Below, piece after piece: positions 54,559 to 64,000 of a DNA stretch of 64,000 nt. A model generated the notes under the pieces. It saw only the letters and a list, made by a program, of their open reading frames with translations, ran no database searches and was not told the DNA's origin. The stretch's first letter is position 1; each line of letters starts with the position of its first letter. This stretch comes from Octopus vulgaris (taxonomy: Eukaryota), in assembly GCA_951406725.2 (NCBI GenBank), contig OX597822.1:107694001-107758000 (forward strand), read 5' to 3'. Position numbers and translations under genes: made by a program.

Positions 54559-56962
54559 ATACTAATATATCTTACAGATACATACATACACATATATATG
54601 TATATATTTATTCATACAAGGATACATACATACATACATCTACATACATATGGGCATATGTGTTTGCACTTATATGCTCTGTGTTTTAAAGGTAGCTATA
54701 TACAATAAAAATAAGTTCAGTATGTAACTAATGTATCTGCATAAAAGGTTTTAGTTCTCTAACAACATTCTTCCTTGTGTATCTCGTTATACTTCTGTAA
54801 CTTTTACCATCCATTAGGTAACGAGTGAGATAATCCAATAGTTAGATTGATGATAAAAGGTATATCTCTCTTACTTTCAGTTTGATGAGTACACAGCCAT
54901 AAATAAAGTAAACATTGATAAAATTGGAGGAATATGGTAGCAAGCAGAATATCCATTCCATTATTTCCTCACAAAACTTGTAGTTCTATCCTTAACTGTA
55001 ATTCGAAACAACATTCTATAGCAATAACAATCAACACAACATGCACGGGATAAATAAATATTTCTCGTTGCTTTCCTTTATGTATTTCTTTTCATAATAT
55101 TGTCTTGTGTTCTATGTACACCGTTACTTTTTTAAAACCGAATAAATAACTGTTTCAAGAGTTGTTTTATGAAAATCACAGGGTATCCTCTAAGTGCGGT
55201 TGAAGTCTAACATAACGGCATAGATATTTTCAGTAACATCTCTGGTTTGTAATGTTTCTGATGTGTATGAATTACTACTGAAATTATGTTCATCGGAGAA
55301 AATCTGTCACGTTAAATATAATCAAAGTATGCATACAATACGGAAGGAACGTGGTGTAGATTATAAAATATATATCCATCTCACATACAAGGATTCAAAT
55401 TTGGTGAAAAGTACTATTTCAATATTTATGAGACATACACGTTTGAAGAACATGCTTTAGATCAAGAAACCCCTATTTTGGGAACCCACTGCATCCTTCC
55501 GTAGAATACCCAGTAGATTGCCCTTAGTTGCTTTTGTTTCAAAAAGGTATGTTTAATACAACCTTGAAAGTAAATATGGCGTCATTCAGAAGAGAAGAAT
55601 TGTTGAGATTCATTTTTCCCTTTCGTGAATAAAATATGGAGAACTCCTGACACGTTTCCAAGGCCTATTTTAATTCGAGAAAATCCTTAATCTATTTAGA
55701 CACTATCTCATTGTTAAAGTGGTTTCTGATGATATCAAACGGATATATACTGAAGTCAGTGGGGGTATCAAACGGATATATATTGAATTCAATGTAGTAA
55801 TTCTAGTAGTAACTTCAGCATATGCTATACAATATATTTCTCAAATCGTAAAGAATATTCTAAAATTGAGCTATATCAAATACGTACAAGAATCGTATCA
55901 TATAACATTCACTATGGATATCGTGTTTAAAATTCTTATAAAGAAAATCCTCTCCTATAAGACAAACTACAATTTATTGTGTCTTTTATTAATTTTAGAT
56001 CAATTTATCTGAAATGTCTGAAACATCTAACAATCCTAAGCAAACTATTAAAACATCCTAGTGGTAAATATTTTTTGTATGCGAAACTATAGACAAATCA
56101 TTGTTCTTATCATGAATATTAAAGCAGAAATAGATTTCAAGTTCATAAATATAGAGTTAGGTTTTCAATTATAAAGTGAAGTGTTTCGGAGGGAACCCAT
56201 TAAAATGAAATCAAATATTAAACCGTTCAAAATATATTAAAGTAAATTAAGCTCACACTTCAACCCACTGGAGGTACGTAGATATTCCATTATTCATAAA
56301 GGGCTAAAATACCACAAAAACAAGAAAAAAACAAACACCATTTACCTCCCATTTTGTTTTAAAATGCTGACATTAAGATTTAAAAACAAAAGAGGAAAAA
56401 ATTCAATATCTAAAGCTAAAACGTCAGTTGAGACTTATTTCATCAACAGAAGCGTACTGGTCATTATATCTGTGTCGAATTATACTTATTTGCTCTAATC
56501 GAAAGAGTTACGCTTGACACGTTCCCTGGTATGTCACCTGGAGACTATTGTAGTTTGAACATTGGGAGGAGGTGAAGAAAGGTGCTTCCTTTTAGCTTAC
56601 TTTGCCTTGTTCTCCATAACGGGTTTAACGAGTCAATAGAGCGAATAATTTACATAATCTAAACTAAGAAATAAAAGTTTATCTACCCTCTTGGGTATAA
56701 AATGATTTTTGTCTGTTTATATTAAATTTCTAGGTAATAATCTTAGTGTGTAACACATTAATGCACCAGTGTTACTGTGAACCATGTGGGACGGTTACAC
56801 AATATACGCGGACATATTAATATATACATATAGGTATAAGCACACACACACATGCACACGCATATATATACTTGCATATATATGTATATCTATCTATGTA
56901 TATGTATGCATAAATATATACATATACATATGCATGTATATATATTATATAATATATATATA

Positions 56963-57009
<47 letters not shown>

Positions 57010-57787
57010 TATATATATAGAGAGAGAGAAAGCTAGATAGATAAATATATAGCTAGATATATAAATATAGATACACAGAAAGAGAAAGAAAGAGAGGGAG
57101 AAAGAAAGAGAGAGATAAAGTATTTTTATGTTTTAATCTGTGTATCATATGCAAGGGAGTTTTCAAAAATCAATTTATAATTCATATCGTGGTGGCTTAA
57201 CCTATGAACTAAATTCAGAAGAATTTATTATAGAATCCTATTTGGCGCGGGAAATAAAACAAAATTAGACGCTTGCACTATCTTAGATGTATTATGTCTT
57301 ATGGGAGAAATTTTGTTTATTCATTTACTTATTTATTTATCTATTATTATCAGTTTAGGTGTTGTAATTCCATAAAGTGAATATCTCGCAGCTATTTTCC
57401 TTTTTAAACCATTCACCAAATAATCACTTTAAATTATTACAAAACAGCATCAAATGAAATAAGTTATTCCAGTATAATATTGCTGTGATTAGGAGATGCC
57501 CCAAACTTAATATTCCATGATATCGATCATGAGATCAAAACTATTGTATATTTTTCCTTTATACTTTAGTTTATTAATTTAATCTGAAGAATATACTTAA
57601 AGTTTGCTGAGGCTAAATATTTATGACGCAACTAACTTAATTCATCAATAACTTTAGGTACATCGCATTTTACTTACATGCATTTTTTTCCTTATATGTA
57701 CATTTACATACATACATGAATACGCACACGCACCAGCGCACACACACATTTTGGTAAAAATACTTAATGAATATGGTTATATATGTA

Positions 57788-58560
<773 letters not shown>

Positions 58561-60584
58561 CTATCAAAATATTTCTACAAATATATACTCGTGCTTTACC
58601 CTGGACGTATGTCTTATATCAGTGGTCGTTGCAGCTAACGCTTTATTATTTACATCATTATACGTCATAATTCTGATATCAAATGCCACTATATTAACGC
58701 TGTATTTTCGATCAAACACAGTTCATCGCAGTCACTGCAATCAGTTTGTATGACTGTAATCAGTTTTTGAATTATGATATTTGGGATGAGTGGAGGCTCA
58801 ATGATTGACGAGGGGAGGAGATAAAGGAAACGAGTAATGAGTACGTAAATGGTAGTGGAACGATAAAAAATATCTCTGACGAGCGAAGATCACAAGATCA
58901 CTCTAGTAACGGTAGGAAAAGCAGTGAGGCAAACCTTAAGGAGGTGGGAAATTTAATCAGCCAGAAAGTCAGGTTGCGTTGGTGACTGTCCTCATACGAT
59001 TAGCTTTTCTGTTAATGCGGATTCATTCGAAACACCGTCGCAGAAGTAAGAAATTACTATACCATTATTGATCTTACAAGTTCTTCGGTAGGGAGATATT
59101 TTCTTGAGGGTGGGAGAGGGTGCCAGTTTTGAGATAGTCTTTTGACCGTGCTGGGAATGGATGTACGTCTGGAGTAATCTACAATAATGATGAGCGTTTA
59201 CATTTGTAGAGTCCACGAGCGATCTAATCGCTTGCTTTAACGTAGATGTATAAAGACGAATATAATATTTCTTACAGCGTGTAGCGACTGTGCTCTTGTG
59301 TTCATTGTGGGAACAAGCTTCGGATATGAATTATTCCAGATCATTTCTACATAATATAGTTCCTAGCAATAAAGCAGACTTGATATTAATTCTTTCCAAT
59401 ATACCTGGGTTAAAAGATTAGTCAAGTAGTTGTATGTATTTTGCTATTTACCAATTTATCTGTATCCTCTACGAAGTGCAAAGAATTTATATATGTAGCT
59501 GAAAAGATGATGAATGATGAATTAATCACTCCAAATTTAATGAAATGCTGTCATCTGGAATTCATCTATACAGTATACTTTGATGAATGATAGTAAATAT
59601 TATATGTTTTCTAAGCAGCTCTAACAAAATTTCAGAGTTTCATAGTCTCCTCAAGCTCAGATGTCTTGGATTATTGAGATAACTGAGTTCAGTAAATGTG
59701 ATTGATAATAATTTGCAATGAAGATTTCTGCGAAGAACGAAGTAAATTCAATTCAGTATTAACAATCGTATCGCCAATTTCAAAACAATTTGTTGTTTAC
59801 TGTTATCGTCACCGCCTTCGGTGAAATACAATATTAAGCAATAGCACGCAGAAAATTACTAAGCACGTTTTTCACAACGTGTAACTTTGTGGTTAGAAAA
59901 TTAAAAGCTTGAGTTCAACTCTTGCTGCCGGACAGAAATATAACATAAATAGGAAGTTAACTATCAAAAGAGTCAATTCTAAAGAAGGCAACGTTGCAAA
60001 CATCTAATACCGAATGGGTTATCAGAGAATAAGCTGTTTATGAATCAAGTGAATAGACCCTTTCTCCATCTGTTTCGAAAGGTAATGTTCGATTTTCGTT
60101 ATATAACTTTGTTATTTCCTATCTTGTATTCTTATAAAGAGAATCAAATCTCTTGTATCAATTCACGTTAACACAAACTGAATTGGTTTCTACAGATGTA
60201 AAAACCAGATTAATTAGATGTATTTTTCAGGACGCTTATGCATCACCAAGCTTTAATGTAGTTTTACAGCATTATTAATCATCCATGGCGGCTGAAGTAT
60301 TTTCCTTTAGATCTATGGATTTATCTTTCTATTTTATCCGTATCACTTTTGGTAGTCAAGCGGAATTGATACTCTAGTAAGACGTAGATTCCTTCTTATT
60401 CAGGTTTCGGGATATATAACTATCGCAAAATGTCGATGTACACATCATACAAGAAACCGTTTTCTCTCTTTTTTCCCAGTTTATATACGAAAATATAAAT
60501 ACACATACAAATTATAATTTACGAAGTATATTTTTATAGTAGCATAATTATATCACTGTATACAACAGCGCAGCCATATTTAAT

Positions 60585-60745
60585 CTATACATATAAATTT
60601 GACATGGGCGATTCTTTCTTGTCTTGGGATTCACGGTCAAACGGCTGGGTGGAATTGCGTGAAAAATTCCACAGATGTGTAGAATGATCCGCTGGTGATC
60701 CTGGGCTTTGTATTTTTTCATAGGTCCCATGGTTACCGATGTCAT
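60585..60745 (-). CDS. Candidate terminal coding exon of a host gene (receptor-like cytoplasmic tail)
   Basis: Acceptor tattattatattAG at 60747-60746; phase-1 frame gives DIGNHGTYEKIQSPGSPADHSTHLWNFSRNSTQPFDRESQDKKESPMSNLYV* (TAG at 60587-60585); unique, GC-richer than flanks, no TE motifs. Confidence 0.55.
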
Positions 60746-61767
60746 CTAATATAATAATACTCTTGTGTTTATGAATGAGAAAGTAAGGGGTGATAGATGA
60801 ATAAGGAAAGAAGAGGTGATGTCATAATTGAGAGTGTACGCTGAAAAAATAAATCAAACAGCGTTTCAACTCTGTGTGAATATATGTGTATGTACGTAAA
60901 AATTGCGTATGTGAATATTTGTGTGTGCGGAGATGTGTGTAATTGTGTAAGTGCATGTGCGTGAGCAATATTTCATCTTTGATTGCTTAGTATTTGGGTT
61001 TATTTTTGATTTGGTTGAATCTTTGTTGTTTTCTTGTTGGTCAGTTATTTGTAGCGTTTTGATAGATCCTGCCTAACTTATTACTCTATTGGACTCTGTT
61101 TTAACTATTATACTTTCCGAACTTTCGATACCTCTCCTCATCCAAATAACCACCCGGATTACCATTGGGCCTTCGTACTCTTTGGGACTCCATGTTCTTA
61201 TGTCCATGGATCTTACTGGCTATTTTCGTCGATATAAATCACACTAATCTACCGCAAGTTTTAAACTCTGTGAACTTTTGAGCTCCGTACGTTAATAACT
61301 TTGCCCTATTCTCTCCATCTAAATTATTTTCGCCTTGTCTTCATTCGTAATCATAAATGCTTCCTCCTCCACCTTTACCTCTGCCTAAAAAAATATATTA
61401 CCACGTCTCATTCCCTCCTTTCTGCTGCGTTCAACCTACTATTAATCTTTCCCTATTCATTAAAAAACGAAACCCACCTTTCTCTAGTAACGTTTTCCTA
61501 TTCAGTCGCTCCCTTCATCACAACCTCATCTCAAAAGATTTCCGCCTCCATTTCCACCCTACCTCTCATTCTACTTTGCCATCTTACCCATACTTCGCTC
61601 CACAATCTGCCTGATCTTGCGTACCACCATTCATCCTAAGATCTCCAAAATACACACCTTTCCCATACTTCTCTCACTCTCTTCCGCCACCTCTTCTTTT
61701 GCTGCCTACCATCTGTTGCTCACTCTGTTTTACGCTTTAACCTCGATCTAAACGACTTTATTCAAGA

Positions 61768-62163
61768 CTAGCAGAATCGCCCGGCGTTGCTCGGGTTTGT
61801 AAGGGAAATAACTATATAAGCATTTTTAGAAATGTAAAGTATAATAGCCATCTCAATATGGTTAACCACAAAAGGTGGGGTGTTACTGTAGTTTTTTACG
61901 TTCTGAGATTTAATAATAAATTTTTAGAGAGTTACTTCCCTTATATATGCCAAAAATGCATTAAAAATGGGAAAAATTGGTGGTCATTTTTTAAAAAATC
62001 TTAGACTCATCGTAGACGCGCGCTAATACCCAGAAGGGTTCGATATGAATCACGACTATAAGATACCCGGTTTTGGTTAAACTGCACTGTAAAATGTGGG
62101 AGTAGTTAGGAATCTAAATCGTAGGAGACAAACAGCACACAACCTCACTTTTATATATAAAGA
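61768..62163 (-). mobile_element. Non-autonomous Helitron
   Basis: A|TC...hairpin...CTAG|T termini; same family as 27065-27430. Confidence 0.88.
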
Positions 62164-62390
62164 TTTGCTCAATCGCATTAGACAACAAACTTCACTCACT
62201 CTCTCATCCTGTCTCACTCGACGCCATTACACACACACACCTCCCCATCCTCCCCATCCCATACACTCTCATCCTCACTCCCACCTTTCCATTACTCCAA
62301 CTCTCACACCACTTCCTACTTTCTTCCCTCCCAGCTTTCCACCCCATGTATGCATACGTGTGTGTGTGTGTGTGTGTGCGTGCGTCCGTT

Positions 62391-62424
<34 letters not shown>

Positions 62425-62431
<7 letters not shown>

Positions 62432-64000
62432 AGCAATAAAGATTCAATTTAATTTAAATGAATTTACTTGAATATGGTACCTAACTTAGATGCACCAAAA
62501 AAAACTATACTGTTTTAACAATACAGTAATGTGGGGTGATTATAAGCGAGAAAGAAGCAACAAGAATGGATAGGTTTTTAGTACAATCGTTTCATACAAG
62601 GACAGGCTTTATTAAAAGTTGCAAAAATTACAGCATATAAACGTGTCCCGTACTCATCAGCTAAAATACATGTGAGTTCTCTAGACATCCTAGTGGTTGA
62701 GGCTATACTCATGAAGTAATGTAGATAATTAAGTAACATAAACAGATTTCCAAAGTTCATTAAAGTTCTTTAAAGATGATGTACAGTCTTATCACAGAAT
62801 TTTAAAAAAGTTTTAATAGCATCACAGAGAAGGTGACCTAATCCATAGTGCACATATGAATTTCCAGAGATATGAGGAGGGATTACATACTCACAGACGA
62901 CAAATTTATCCATTGTTAATCACAACGAGGTGGCTCTCAATCCCTGCTTATTAGCATTACAGAGAGGGTGAATTAATCCTTTGTATAGATGCACAATTTC
63001 CAATGGTGTAGATGTAAATTTCCAGAGAAATGAAGAGGAATTTCATATTCACAGGCGATAAATTTATCAATGGTTGAACACAATGAGGTAGGTATCAATT
63101 CTTGTTATATGATTAGGTATTTGCCACATTAATCACATTACTGCTATTTACAAGAGGCTGTAGCTATTTAACTTTTAAAGGCTGAAGGGCTTTCTAGAGA
63201 TGCAAAGAACAGAAAAGGGAAGGGAAGAGAAGAAAAGAGAGAAAATAAAGGAGGAGGGAGCAAAAAAAAGGGGGGGACTAAAAGAGAAGAGAAAAGGAAA
63301 AAGAGAATAAGAAGAAGAAAAAGAAAAAAAGAGAAAAGAGAAAGAAATAGGAAAAGAAGGGAAAAAAGAAAAAGAAAAAAAGAGGGTTCTAGTTATACAG
63401 AAGAATTAGTAGACGGCAAGACTGGTTTTAATTTACAGGCATCTAGGAACTAGAGGAGAATATTATTCTTTGACCAGTAAAACAGCCAATTTATTGCTGT
63501 TGAAAGCAGCTATGAATTTAAAGAGAATCTAAAGAGATAACACGGTCAGGGGTTTAGGGGTCAGAGGCTAAAATCAAAAGAAAATACATTAGGAAAATCT
63601 AAGTATAATCTTATCAAAAAGTCATTAAAATTTATTTATTTAATTTATTCATTTTATTGTCTTAAGGAGTTGCCGTTATTATTCATACATTGACGGACTA
63701 CAGGTCAAATCTTAGAAGATCATTTACAAGGTGTTAGGGAATTGTCTATCATAATGAAGATAATCATATTATCACCGAGGGAGTAGCCTTATTTATTTAA
63801 TTTTGAAATAGAATTATGGGGCTTTAGTAACTCATTTTATTTTATTAAAGTTATGCTACTTAAATTAGATTAAGTTAAGAATTAAAAAAATATGTTTATG
63901 TTACTTAATTATCTACATTACTTCATGAGTATAGCCTCAACCACTAGGATGTCTAGAGAACTCACATGTATTTTAGCTGATGAGTACGGGACACGTTTAT
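62425..64000 (-). mobile_element. Non-coding HHR-bearing element with inverted copy running off the window end
   Basis: Abuts (TA)n; perfect 108-bp inverted repeat 62637-62744 / 63893-64000; internal ~75-bp degenerate direct repeat (62859, 63017) and purine tract 63205-63385. Confidence 0.75.
62576..62666 (-). ncRNA. Type I hammerhead ribozyme
   Basis: TTTTAG-CTGATGA-GTACGGGACA...TGTCCTTGTAT-GAA-ACGATTGT-A-CTAAAA: 6-bp stem I, intact core, long stem II, near-palindromic stem III, GUA triplet. 5' half of an inverted copy starts at ~63971. Confidence 0.83.

Noticed and set aside
58860-59440. GC-richer block with 74-aa ORF and a CTGACGA
   Set aside because: No recognisable domain, splice context or GAAA partner.
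61080-61760. C/T-rich block with 112-aa ORF, possibly a PLE N-terminus
   Set aside because: No diagnostic motif; left unannotated.

Overview
AT-rich, microsatellite-dense eukaryotic DNA; the mix of tRNA-derived SINEs, (TA)n/(TAA)n/(GATA)n tracts and LINE clades suggests an Octopus-like cephalopod (inference). Almost all supplied ORFs are microsatellite read-through. Recognisable content: CR1-group LINE fragments, R4/Dong RLE-retrotransposon fragments in (TAA)n, Penelope-like (PLE) RT and GIY-YIG remnants, Tc1/mariner and hATm-like remnants, two non-autonomous Helitrons, four tRNA-SINE families and one candidate terminal coding exon (60585-60745, minus). The main signal is a set of non-coding repeats carrying hammerhead ribozyme (HHR) motifs from about seven sequence families. 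The best is a near-identical 507/523-bp tandem unit plus inverted copy at 5.7-7.2 kb with three intact type I HHRs, which looks like a PLE-dependent retrozyme that could yield a ~0.5-kb circular RNA. All folds were paired by eye; no searches were run.
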